The notes under the pieces are model-generated. The model had not been told where the DNA came from and made no database searches. It worked only from the letters and a program-made list of their open reading frames with translations. From the NCBI GenBank assembly GCA_041659065.1, contig JBAZYY010000001.1, forward strand, positions 274,228-338,227: a DNA stretch of 64,000 bases, written 5' to 3'. Of this stretch, positions 48,301 through 57,713 are shown one piece after another. How positions within the stretch are numbered: the stretch's first letter is position 1; every line of letters starts with the position of its first letter. Source of the DNA: Parcubacteria group bacterium (GTDB lineage: Bacteria; Patescibacteriota; Minisyncoccia; Moranbacterales; UBA11712). Both the position numbers and the translations under genes were made by a program.

Positions 48301-48549
48301 TAAGTTCCCTAAAATAAACTAGCAATAATCCTCTTATTTTTCAAATAAAAAAGGCCTCTCTACTTCCGCGGTAACCGCCCTTTATTTTTAAGAAAATTAA
48401 ATTTTAACTCTTTAGAAATGATTTTATAAAAGATTCCATTTCGCTATTTTCTTTTTTTTCCTGATCATTTTAAAAAACCCAAACAAAAACCGCGCATATT
48501 TGATAGCACGGTTTTTGCGTAAGATAAAGTCCAAAAAAAGACTTATAAG

Positions 48550-48864
48550 CTACATTTTGATGTCATTGACAACGTCGTCAATGCTCTTCTTGGCTTCGCT
48601 TCTTTCGCCTCTTTGGCTTCCTTCCGGTTCGTTAATCTTGAGATTAACGCGAGCATTGTTCTTAGCACCAACCACGCGTAGAAGAGTCCGGATGGCTTTC
48701 GCCGTGGCTCCTTCTCGACCGATGACCATGCCCATATCCTTTGAATCAACGTCCAAAGTGATTAGCACGCCTCTTTCGTCGATAGTGCGTTCGGTCTTTA
48801 CGGCATCTGGAGTGTCAACCAGAGCCTTGACTACAAATTCTACAAATTCCTGATCTCTTTCCAT
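48550..48864 (-). CDS. khpA: KH-domain RNA-binding protein (KhpA/YlqC)
   Basis: DMGMVIGREGATAKAIRTLL; follows rpsP. Confidence 0.92.
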   Translation of the reverse strand: MERDQEFVEFVVKALVDTPDAVKTERTIDERGVLITLDVDSKDMGMVIGREGATAKAIRTLLRVVGAKNNARVNLKINEPEGSQRGERSEAKKSIDDVVNDIKM

Positions 48865-48974
48865 CTTTTTCAATCTTAAGCTGATAATTTCGGAATTTGG
48901 CATTTCGGCATCGACCTTCTGCCCGCCACTTCCGCTTATTTCGTATTATACAAAAAAACTATAGTTTGTCAAAC

Positions 48975-49445
48975 CTATTTTTCCTCAGTTTTCTCAGACT
49001 TTTCTTCAGGTTTGGTTTCTGCCGGCACTTCGCCGCTGTCTTTTTTTATTTCCTCTTCCGCCTTTGCAGGTTCAACCGAGGTTTGCTCGCTAGCAGTCTC
49101 CTTCTTTTCTGCCGGGACGTCTTCTTTCTTTACTCCCCCGCCTGCCTCGTTTTTTGAAGCGTCTTGGGCAGGAACCGGTTTCTTCTTGATTTTGATGGCT
49201 CGCTTGGAACCTTTTATAATTCCGGCTTTGATCAAAAGATTATGAGCGCTGTCTGAGCATTGCGCCCCTTTTTCTATCCAGTATTTTACGCGATCTGTTT
49301 TGAAATCCCGTTCTTTTGTCTTGGGGTTGATAAACCCCAGCACTTCAATAAATTTTCCTTTAATAGGAGCTGTATGCTCTGTCACGACCATGCGGAAAAA
49401 AGCACTATTTTTCTTGCCCCGGCGAGTTAATCTGATTTTTAGCAT
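48975..49445 (-). CDS. rpsP: 30S ribosomal protein S16 with acidic C-terminal extension
   Basis: MLKIRLTRRGKK...GKFIEVLG...YWIEKGAQCS. Confidence 0.96.
   Translation of the reverse strand: MLKIRLTRRGKKNSAFFRMVVTEHTAPIKGKFIEVLGFINPKTKERDFKTDRVKYWIEKGAQCSDSAHNLLIKAGIIKGSKRAIKIKKKPVPAQDASKNEAGGGVKKEDVPAEKKETASEQTSVEPAKAEEEIKKDSGEVPAETKPEEKSEKTEEK
49137..49172. repeat. 36-nt in-frame mini-palindrome inside rpsP (encodes PAQDASKNEAGG)
   Basis: Minus strand cctgccc...ggcaggcggg, the same ends as the 31-nt elements at 34550 and 36858. Confidence 0.7.
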
Positions 49446-49551
49446 AAATTAATAAAACTTAATCTGTGTATTAAGGCACTGGGATATAGTAATAATTTTT
49501 GGGGTTTTTGTCAACTGCAATGGATAAATATATCCCTTCTCCTTGCCATTA

Positions 49552-51855
49552 TCACTGTATTTCCCCTTTTTCGCCTACTTGGTCCAATTTCACTGACAAT
49601 ACTTTGGAGACGCCGTCCGAGCCCATCGTAACGCCGTAAAGAGCTGAAGCCTGTCGCATGGTTTCTCGGTTATGCGAGATCAGTATGAATTGAGTGTGAG
49701 TTGAAAGCTCTTGCAAGATCCTGCCGAATCTTTTCGAGTTGGCCTCGTCGAGCGCCGCTTCAACTTCGTCCATTACCGCGAATGGAGGGGGGTTGTTGGA
49801 TATTATCGAGAATAGCAGAGCCTGGGACGTAAGGGTTCTTTCGCCTCCTGAAAGCATAGTGAGCCCGCTGATTCTTTTGCCGGGCGGACAGGCCTTGATC
49901 TCAATCCCCAGCTCTTTCTGTTTTACATTCTCTTCCTTTTCTTCGTCTTCCATTTCTTGATCATCGAGCTGGCTTTTGCTCGTGTGCCTGCCCTCTATTT
50001 GGACACGGGTTAGCTCCGCGCTGCCACCTCCAAATATTATTTTGAAATATTTGGAAAATTCCTGGTTAACCCTTTTGAACGTTTCTTCAAATGCGCCCCG
50101 AATTTTAAGATCCATTTCTTTGATGATATCAGCCAGAGTTACAATCGCCTTCTCAAGGTCTTCCGACTGGCTGCTCAGAAAGTCATATCTTTTTTGAGTT
50201 TCCTCATATTCCTCAACGATCATTGGATCGATTGCCCCGATCTGCTCGGACAATACCTTAAGCCTTCCTATTTCCCTTTCCAGCTGTTCGATGTCTAAAT
50301 TTTCACCGCTCGTATCGCTACTAAGCGCCTCATCCGGGTTACTTATATTCAGATCCAGTTTGATTCTTTGCCCGAGGTCCTCTTCCCTGACTTCAACTTT
50401 GGCCAGCCTTATTTTCACTTCATTGCTGCGATCACGATATCCGTTGAGCGTTTCCCGCAGTTTTCTCAGCTCGCTTTCCAGTTCAAAATACTCCCGGCGC
50501 GCTTTTCGGTCATCGGCAATTAATTTTTCCATGGAAGACCTGTTTTCTTCCGATTTTTTTTGCATTATCTGCAATTTGTCGGAAAATTCTTTTTTTCTTC
50601 TCTCCAAATCTCCGACTACCCTCAAATCAACCGTATGCTGTTGAGTTTCATGCGTTTCCTCGATTTTCCCATCGTTAATCTCCTGATAGAACTTGTTTAT
50701 TTTTGCTTTGAAGTCGGCTAGATCCGCTTTCAACGCCTCAAGGCCGTCCAAGCTGGTTATTTCGTTTGCTCTCTTTTCGATTTCCTGGTATTTTGCCAGA
50801 ATTTCCTTCACCTTATTTTTAACATACGGGAGATCGACTGGAATCTGGCTTACAAGTTTAAGATTTTTTGCTTTTTCTTTTTCAATTTCTATCTTTGCTT
50901 CGACGACGGAAATTTCCCTCTGCAGGGTATTAATGCCGGAAAAAATCTCCGCCCTATCTTTTTCAAGCGCGTCTCTTTTGTTCTCAAAATCGAAATTAAC
51001 GTTACTTTCCTTTTTTAGCCTTATTTCCAGATCATCGACTCTTCGCTGCAGTTTCATTTCTTCTCTCCCGACTCCTTCCTTTTCTTCATCAATCTTATGC
51101 TTTTCATTTTTTATCCTCGTCCAAAGAAAACTGAATAACGCTTGCTGTTTTTCTTTTAGAGACTCCGAGACTTCCTCGCCGCGTCTCGCTTTTTCGGACT
51201 GGCGCCGGAGCACCCTGAGATGCGGTTCAATTTCTTTGATAAGATCGCTTGCCCTTTGCAGATTATTTCTGGTAGAGTCCAATTTCCTCAGCGATCGTTC
51301 CTTTTTTAGTTGAAACGGCTTTACTCCGGCCGCTTCTTCCAGGATGACCCTTCTTTCGATCGGCGTGGCGTTCAAAACGGCGTCTGCCATGCCCTGGTTG
51401 ATGATGCAGTAACTGCGCTGCCCGATTCCTGCTTTTGCCAGCAAATCCGTGACGTCTATTAATCTGACTTTACTGCCATTTATGGCGTACTCTCCTTCGC
51501 CGCTCCTGTGAACTTTTCTTGAAACCACCACTTCCTCATACTCGATCGGGATTTTTTTATCCGAATTGTCAAAAAAAAGAGAGACCTTGGCGCTGCCGAG
51601 CTGGGCTTTTTTGCCCGATCCGGCAAAAATTACGTCCTCCGTTTTTTTGCCCCGCAGGTTTTTGAGGGACTGTTCGCCCATTGCCCATTTCATGGCATCG
51701 GCGACATTACTCTTCCCGCTTCCGTTAGGCCCGACAATGGCGGTTATCCCGCATAATTTACCCTTGCTTTCAATGCTGCAGGACGGCAAAAAATCCAAGA
51801 CAGTCTTGGTTGCAAAAGATTTGAATCCGGTTATTTCGATGCGTTTTAAATACAA
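49552..51855 (-). CDS. smc: Short SMC family chromosome segregation ATPase
   Basis: GFKSF, GPNGSGKSN, INQG, LSGGE, MDEVEAALD and ISH motifs; TTG start. Confidence 0.92.
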   Translation of the reverse strand: MYLKRIEITGFKSFATKTVLDFLPSCSIESKGKLCGITAIVGPNGSGKSNVADAMKWAMGEQSLKNLRGKKTEDVIFAGSGKKAQLGSAKVSLFFDNSDKKIPIEYEEVVVSRKVHRSGEGEYAINGSKVRLIDVTDLLAKAGIGQRSYCIINQGMADAVLNATPIERRVILEEAAGVKPFQLKKERSLRKLDSTRNNLQRASDLIKEIEPHLRVLRRQSEKARRGEEVSESLKEKQQALFSFLWTRIKNEKHKIDEEKEGVGREEMKLQRRVDDLEIRLKKESNVNFDFENKRDALEKDRAEIFSGINTLQREISVVEAKIEIEKEKAKNLKLVSQIPVDLPYVKNKVKEILAKYQEIEKRANEITSLDGLEALKADLADFKAKINKFYQEINDGKIEETHETQQHTVDLRVVGDLERRKKEFSDKLQIMQKKSEENRSSMEKLIADDRKARREYFELESELRKLRETLNGYRDRSNEVKIRLAKVEVREEDLGQRIKLDLNISNPDEALSSDTSGENLDIEQLEREIGRLKVLSEQIGAIDPMIVEEYEETQKRYDFLSSQSEDLEKAIVTLADIIKEMDLKIRGAFEETFKRVNQEFSKYFKIIFGGGSAELTRVQIEGRHTSKSQLDDQEMEDEEKEENVKQKELGIEIKACPPGKRISGLTMLSGGERTLTSQALLFSIISNNPPPFAVMDEVEAALDEANSKRFGRILQELSTHTQFILISHNRETMRQASALYGVTMGSDGVSKVLSVKLDQVGEKGEIQ

Positions 51856-51949
51856 TTTTTGTTTTTGAAGAATTTAGAATTGTGAATTTAGAATTCTGAA
51901 TATAAATATTGAGTCTGGAATGCCAAATTCTAAATTCACGATTCGACTT

Positions 51950-52642
51950 TTACCATCCTTTTGCGTCCAGCGCGGCTTTTGCCGCTTCGCGCTGAGCTTC
52001 TTGTTTGGATGCTCCCTCTCCCTCGGCAACTTCGGCATCGCCAAGAAAGACTCCAATCACGAATCGCTTGTCGTGATCCGGTCCGGATTCAGAAACAACT
52101 TTATAGTTCGGGGTAATGCCGACCATCTCTTGAGCAGCTTCCTGAAAATGAGATTTAGGGTCAAGATACAGCCTGTTTTTTATAACTTCATCCAGATGTA
52201 TTAATATATTCTCCTTAATAAATGTGCTGGGAGCCTCATATCCGGCATCCAGGTACATCGCTCCGATAATCGCTTCGAGAGCGTTCGCCAAAAGATAATC
52301 CCTGGCCCGTCCGACATCTTTTGACTCGCCTCGGCTCATTAAAAGAAAATCTTCCACGCCCAGTCCCCTGGATACCCTGGCCAGCATGTCTTTATTAACG
52401 AGAGCCGCCCGCCAATTCGTCAGTTCTCCCTCAGGATTTGGAAAGTTTTTATAGAGATGATCAGTCACTACCAATTCTAAAACAGCGTCACCTAAAAATT
52501 CCAAGCGTTCATTGTGATCCAGCTTATAGCTTCTGTTTTCGTTCAGATATGAACGATGCGTAATAGCCATCTTGAGCAGATCCGAATTTTTGAATTTTAT
52601 TTTTATTTTATCTTCTAACCCCTCTATACCTTGAACAGCCAT
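51950..52642 (-). CDS. rnc: Ribonuclease III
   Basis: NERLEFLGDAVL signature and dsRBD (GPDHDKRF). Confidence 0.97.
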   Translation of the reverse strand: MAVQGIEGLEDKIKIKFKNSDLLKMAITHRSYLNENRSYKLDHNERLEFLGDAVLELVVTDHLYKNFPNPEGELTNWRAALVNKDMLARVSRGLGVEDFLLMSRGESKDVGRARDYLLANALEAIIGAMYLDAGYEAPSTFIKENILIHLDEVIKNRLYLDPKSHFQEAAQEMVGITPNYKVVSESGPDHDKRFVIGVFLGDAEVAEGEGASKQEAQREAAKAALDAKGW

Positions 52643-52802
52643 ATATTTGCAAATCCTAAGTCCAAAGCTCAAATGTCAAATCAAGTTTGAAACCCGAAGC
52701 CCAAATTTAATGATTAGGCGTCTGGATTTAATTTGTCATTTGGATTTTGAAATTTGGATCTATGAAAATATTAAATAATTATTTGTTAATTTAATAAGTG
52801 TT

Positions 52803-53279
52803 TTACTCCTTCTGATCATTTTTAGCAGCTTCTTCTCCCTTTTTATCCTCTTTCATCGGCTCTCCCATCTCGCGATAGATTGTCCCCAGCACGCCGTTTA
52901 CAAATCTGCCGGAAGATTCCCCTCCATATGTCTTCGCGAGCTCTATCGCCTCATTAATGGCCACCTTGGGCGGAACTTCCTCGTAATTCCCGAAGACCAG
53001 CTCATAAATTCCCATTCTCAAGACATTTCTGTCAACTATGGTCACTTGCTCCAGTGGCCATTCCGGCGCGCATTTTTCAATCAATTTATCAATTTTATCG
53101 CGATGTTTCAATACTCCTCTCACGAGGGAGTGGATGAATGAATCATCGTCTATGCCTGGGCCAAATTCTTTGATATTATGCAAAATAATCTCTTCCGTCA
53201 GCTTATCGTTCTTGTCACGGAAGTCCCATTCATAGAGACATTGCATGGCAATGGAACGGAGTAGGTGTCTGTTAGCCAT
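52803..53279 (-). CDS. nusB: Transcription antitermination factor NusB
   Basis: [18 protein letters not shown] and FVNGVL. Confidence 0.96.
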   Translation of the reverse strand: MANRHLLRSIAMQCLYEWDFRDKNDKLTEEIILHNIKEFGPGIDDDSFIHSLVRGVLKHRDKIDKLIEKCAPEWPLEQVTIVDRNVLRMGIYELVFGNYEEVPPKVAINEAIELAKTYGGESSGRFVNGVLGTIYREMGEPMKEDKKGEEAAKNDQKE

Positions 53280-53302
53280 AAATTATATCAAAAATAAAAG
53301 AT

Positions 53303-54517
53303 TTATTTTAAAATTATTTTACTAAAATGCAATTTACCAACTTTAATTACTTTATTATTATAATCTTTTTTGTTTAATTCAAGCTTATAATCACTTATTT
53401 TTTTATCATCAATACTAACTCCGCCTTGTTCAATTTTTCTTCTGGCATCAGAAATGCTCTTTGCGCTTCCGGAGCGAACCATGAAATCAGTCAGCTTTAT
53501 TTTTGCGACATTAATTTTGACGGAACTGACCTTATCCGGCGACTCTCTCTTTTGAAAAACTCTCACAAAATTATCTTCAGCTGACTTAGCTTTTTCCGCG
53601 CCATGATACAATTCAACAATCATCCCGGCCAGCTTCATTTTTGTGTCACGCAGGCTGATTTTCCCACTTTTCACATCGCCCCGAAGAGCATCCAGTCCTT
53701 TTTTGTCGATATCTGTCGCCAGCTCAAAATATTCCTCCATCGCATCATCCGGAAGCGACATTATCTTTCCATACATTTGATCCGCATTGTCTGTCACTCC
53801 GACATAGTTATCGAGAGATTTGCTCATTTTTTCTTTTCCGTCCAGCCCAACCAGGAGTTTCATGATCACAAGCGTTTGAGGATCCTGCTGAAATTTTTCC
53901 TGGTAATGCCGGCCGAACAGCTCGTTGAATTTTTGGTCACTACCCAGAAGCACTACGTCATTTTTAAGTTCCACGCTGTCATAACCTTGCATGACAGGAT
54001 AAACCAGCTCATGCAGCCCGATATCTCTTCCACTCTTCATTCTTTCTTGGAACATATCTCTTTCGAGGATTCGCGCGGCGGTTGTCATGGTCATCAGATT
54101 CAAAAATTCATAAAAACTCATCTTGGAATACCACTCGGAATTAAAGCGAATTTCGAGTAAATTCTTGTCGAGCTTCAAAATTTTCGAAACTTGCTTGATG
54201 TAGGTCTCGGCATTTTTCTTTATTTCAGCCTCACTCATAACCGGACGGGTTTTATCTTTTCCGGTCGGATCTCCAATCTTAGTCGTGGCATCCCCGATGA
54301 GAAACAAAACTTTATGTCCCAATTCCTGAAATTCCCTAAGCTTTCGAAAGACGACCGCGTGGCCCAAATGCAAATCAGGCCGAGTGGGATCGGCGCCGAA
54401 TTTAATTTTTATTTTTTTCCCAGAAATGAGCTTCTTTTCTAAATCTTTGCGGCCGATAACCTCAGCGATTCCGCCCTCTTCAAGAAGTTTTCTGATCATT
54501 TCTTTTTTCGCGATCAT
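53303..54517 (-). CDS. tyrS: Tyrosine--tRNA ligase
   Basis: GADPT..DLHLGH, YPVMQGYD, KMSKS and C-terminal S4 domain. Confidence 0.97.
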   Translation of the reverse strand: MIAKKEMIRKLLEEGGIAEVIGRKDLEKKLISGKKIKIKFGADPTRPDLHLGHAVVFRKLREFQELGHKVLFLIGDATTKIGDPTGKDKTRPVMSEAEIKKNAETYIKQVSKILKLDKNLLEIRFNSEWYSKMSFYEFLNLMTMTTAARILERDMFQERMKSGRDIGLHELVYPVMQGYDSVELKNDVVLLGSDQKFNELFGRHYQEKFQQDPQTLVIMKLLVGLDGKEKMSKSLDNYVGVTDNADQMYGKIMSLPDDAMEEYFELATDIDKKGLDALRGDVKSGKISLRDTKMKLAGMIVELYHGAEKAKSAEDNFVRVFQKRESPDKVSSVKINVAKIKLTDFMVRSGSAKSISDARRKIEQGGVSIDDKKISDYKLELNKKDYNNKVIKVGKLHFSKIILK

Positions 54518-54701
54518 TACTCGGTTATAATAGCATTTTACCCCACATATAGCAATAAACAAGCCTGAAATCCATTATTTCGCTCCTAGTCTGCCCCTGA
54601 AAAATCAACTTCATTACTGTTTACAGCCGTCCTTTTGACTGCAGTTTCCGCACCAACATGCGCTGGACACAGTTGACTCCTTTTCCTTCGCGGCAGGGCG
54701 G

Positions 54702-55487
54702 TTATTTTTCCAGTTTCTCGATCTGAGCCTGGAAAGATTCAATTTTTTTCTTGTCCAGATCAATAATATAATAGCTTCCCAGCTTACTTCCCAAAGTTAA
54801 GGGATTTCCAATCGCATACCGGACTTTCCGGTATTTTTTGGAAAATTCAAAATGCCAGTGCCCGGCCAGAACTATCTCAACTTTCCCATCGTTGCTAAAT
54901 GCACTTTCCATGTCTCTGTAGCTTTCATATATATCGCTATCTTGTTTATCAAAAATCGGGTGATGCATGACAACCAAAATCGGCTCTTCTGTATCCTCAA
55001 TCAAATCTTCAGCCCAGTTTTTTTGGGCAGGGCCCATTCCACCCGTTACCGCCGCTAGCTTTTCACTGGTATCAAGCACGACTATTCTCCATCCATAGCG
55101 ATCCAGATAATAGTAGTTTTCCTCCGTTTTCATGAATCTTTTTACCAAGCTCTTGTCATCGTGATTTCCGCGTGCCCAAATCAGCTCAAGTCCATTCCGT
55201 CTGGCAATACTCCTGATTCGTTTGGCGTAGCGAACTTGTTTTCCATAATCGGTAGAGTCCCCGGAGATAACCAATGTTTTGATGCCCTGGCTTTTAAGTT
55301 CGCGCGAAACCTCAAGAAAATATTTCCGAAAATATCTGGGATAAAAGACATTAATTTTACTCTTTTTCTTTTTTTCAGCATTCCCGGCATGAATATCCGT
55401 TACCCAGCCTATCTTTTCCGCGGATGCCAGACTGGGAATCATCAGGCAAAGGAAAATTAAAATTGCAATAAATCGCCTAATTTGCAC
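54702..55487 (-). CDS. Exported calcineurin-like metallophosphoesterase
   Basis: Signal peptide, then DIH, GD, GNHD, HHP and GHWH motifs. Confidence 0.88.
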   Translation of the reverse strand: MQIRRFIAILIFLCLMIPSLASAEKIGWVTDIHAGNAEKKKKSKINVFYPRYFRKYFLEVSRELKSQGIKTLVISGDSTDYGKQVRYAKRIRSIARRNGLELIWARGNHDDKSLVKRFMKTEENYYYLDRYGWRIVVLDTSEKLAAVTGGMGPAQKNWAEDLIEDTEEPILVVMHHPIFDKQDSDIYESYRDMESAFSNDGKVEIVLAGHWHFEFSKKYRKVRYAIGNPLTLGSKLGSYYIIDLDKKKIESFQAQIEKLEK

Positions 55488-55663
55488 TAACTTTATCTGA
55501 AAAATTATATTCAGCTAGGCTTAGTATAACAGCTTACTATCGGCTAAGTAAACACATCCCCGAATAAATTTTGCGGTAAAAATAAAGAGCCCGCTTGGAT
55601 GGAAGGCTTTTCATCTCGCGACATCGATTCCAGTTCATTAGAGAATAGCAATGTGCGCCAAAA

Positions 55664-55915
55664 TTACAATCCTAATTTTTCTTTGGCAAGTTTTGCCTGT
55701 TCGTCTGTCAATTGGCCGGTCGCTTTCATTTGCTCTATGGTTTCAAGAATTTTATCCTTGTTTTTAGCGATATTTTCGGGAGTGAGCGCTTTTTGCATCA
55801 GTTTCTCGCGCTCTTTGGGATCCATCGACATTACTTTTTTCATCGCCAGACGCTGAAGCATGCCCATCTTCTGCTTTCCCTGGCCATCATCGTCATTTTT
55901 CTTGCTCCAAAACAT
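55664..55915 (-). CDS. Hypothetical helical protein
   Basis: 83-aa ORF from MFWSKK. Confidence 0.65.
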   Translation of the reverse strand: MFWSKKNDDDGQGKQKMGMLQRLAMKKVMSMDPKEREKLMQKALTPENIAKNKDKILETIEQMKATGQLTDEQAKLAKEKLGL

Positions 55916-55924
55916 ACTTTTCTG

Positions 55925-55960
55925 ACAAAACTTCAATACTACGTAGTATTGAAGTTTTGT
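55925..55960. repeat. Perfect 36-bp palindrome with no loop
   Basis: acaaaacttcaatactac|gtagtattgaagttttgt. Confidence 0.9.
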
Positions 55961-56054
55961 TTTAGTTTATTTATATAATATTGGTAATTAAAAATTTAAA
56001 AAAATAAAGATTAGAGGGCGCAAGCGCCCTCGCTATCCCCCTTGAATCCCCTTC

Positions 56055-56654
56055 TTACTTTTTCTTTTTTTTCACAAACTTCTGTCGCGCTTTGCCTATC
56101 CTTATCCACCCGAATTCCCCATCAAGCATCGTAGAATCAACAGGTCTCTGCTGATTCAATACTCCGCAGAGATTAACCCGCAGGCAAATTAAATCGCCAC
56201 TCAGGTTATCAACCTTAGTTATCGAGTATCGGCCTATTATGGTTAAAGCAACGGGCAGCATAAAGAGCCTGGGAAGATATTTGCCCTCAATGACATAGTA
56301 ATAATCTTTCCCCTGACTCCATATCTCACCGAGAGCCGGCTTTTTTCCTTTTTTACCCTGAATGATAGCAAGTAATTCCGCCTCCGTCTCGGGAACCTTA
56401 TTCTTATTATGCAGCAGTGGTTCAATATGAATCAGTTTCTCGTTGCCTAAATCAATGTAGGTATTGAATACCAGGACGTTATTACCCTGTCGAGTATTAA
56501 ATAACCCCCGCAGAGTTATATAGTCGACCTCGTAAAAAAGATGCCCATATAGTTCTCCGCGATTATTAACATGCCCCGGAAAACTGGCTACAAGGCCATT
56601 GGAGAACTCGCCAACCGGCTCGACAAACAATGACCAAGGATTTCTTGGCTTCAT
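56055..56654 (-). CDS. Hypothetical protein
   Basis: 199-aa ORF with GGAGG SD; hairpin agggcgcaagcgccct plus T-rich tail downstream. Confidence 0.65.
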   Translation of the reverse strand: MKPRNPWSLFVEPVGEFSNGLVASFPGHVNNRGELYGHLFYEVDYITLRGLFNTRQGNNVLVFNTYIDLGNEKLIHIEPLLHNKNKVPETEAELLAIIQGKKGKKPALGEIWSQGKDYYYVIEGKYLPRLFMLPVALTIIGRYSITKVDNLSGDLICLRVNLCGVLNQQRPVDSTMLDGEFGWIRIGKARQKFVKKKKK

Positions 56655-56724
56655 AGCGCCCTCCCCGCGCGAATTATTTCCAAAGAACTGCCCTCTAGAT
56701 TTAAATTTCCAAAGTCCAGATCGG

Positions 56725-57135
56725 TCAATCGATTAGATTATCCGACTTAAGCTTGGGAATTGCTTCATGCTCAAAAATTGAGCCAACCTTCATATCTTTG
56801 GGGATTCCTGATGATATCCACCTTATTTCTTCTATTTCAGCTGATGGCACAGGATCGTTTCTCCAATCCTCAACTGTAAACACATCCATTCGTAGCATAT
56901 TATCTTCGTTTCCAGCCGCTTGTGCATAAAAAGTTCCAAATTCTTTAATATTTTTTCTTTTAATTTCAATTCCAAATTCTTCCTTGAGTTCTCTTTGAAG
57001 CGTTTCGAACGCACCTTCTCCTGATTCAACTTTTCCGCCCGGCGCAACAAAAACATCCTTATTCCTTGACCTCGACACCAATAATTTCCTGTTCTTAATT
57101 AATACTCCACCGATTTTATGGATATTATAATTCAT
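56725..57135 (-). CDS. NUDIX hydrolase
   Basis: PGGKVESGE...LQRELKEEFG. Confidence 0.92.
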   Translation of the reverse strand: MNYNIHKIGGVLIKNRKLLVSRSRNKDVFVAPGGKVESGEGAFETLQRELKEEFGIEIKRKNIKEFGTFYAQAAGNEDNMLRMDVFTVEDWRNDPVPSAEIEEIRWISSGIPKDMKVGSIFEHEAIPKLKSDNLID

Positions 57136-57167
57136 ATTTTATAAATTTAGGCTTCCAAAAATCAAGG

Positions 57168-57695
57168 TCACATTAAACCCGACAGCTCCAATAAATTTAA
57201 TGCTGTGATCGTAGGGCCATCTTTAATTTTTCCAACTCTTATCATCTCTCGAAGTTCTGTTAAAGTAACTTTCTTTATCTCCATGCCTTCCTCTGTCTCC
57301 TCGCGATTAAATTTGCCTTCAGAAAGATCGGTGGCAAAAAATACAAAACATTCTTGGCCGATTGCGCCCGGACCTATCCAAAATGATCCGATTTTTTTGA
57401 TTGTTTTCGCCGTTTGCCCTGTTTCTTCCTGGAGCTCTTGACTCGCAGTTTGTTTGATGGAATTGTGCTCGTAATGCCCCTGCGGAAATCCCCACGAAAA
57501 TGAATTAACGAAATAACGATACTCACCCACCAGAGTAAATTTTTCGCCATCCCAGGGAATAGTCAGGGCAAATGGTTTCTTATGCACCACTCCGTAAGTA
57601 AGTCTTTTGCCGGATTCAGTTTCGACTTCATCTTCCGTTACCCGCATAAAGCGATTGCGATATACTTCTTCGGATGAAATTTTTTTCCAAGCCAT
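57168..57695 (-). CDS. NUDIX hydrolase (ADP-ribose pyrophosphatase-like)
   Basis: FPQG...ASQELQEETG, EETE and GKIKDGPTI. Confidence 0.9.
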   Translation of the reverse strand: MAWKKISSEEVYRNRFMRVTEDEVETESGKRLTYGVVHKKPFALTIPWDGEKFTLVGEYRYFVNSFSWGFPQGHYEHNSIKQTASQELQEETGQTAKTIKKIGSFWIGPGAIGQECFVFFATDLSEGKFNREETEEGMEIKKVTLTELREMIRVGKIKDGPTITALNLLELSGLM

Positions 57696-57713
57696 AATTT
57701 TTGGTCAAGTTTG

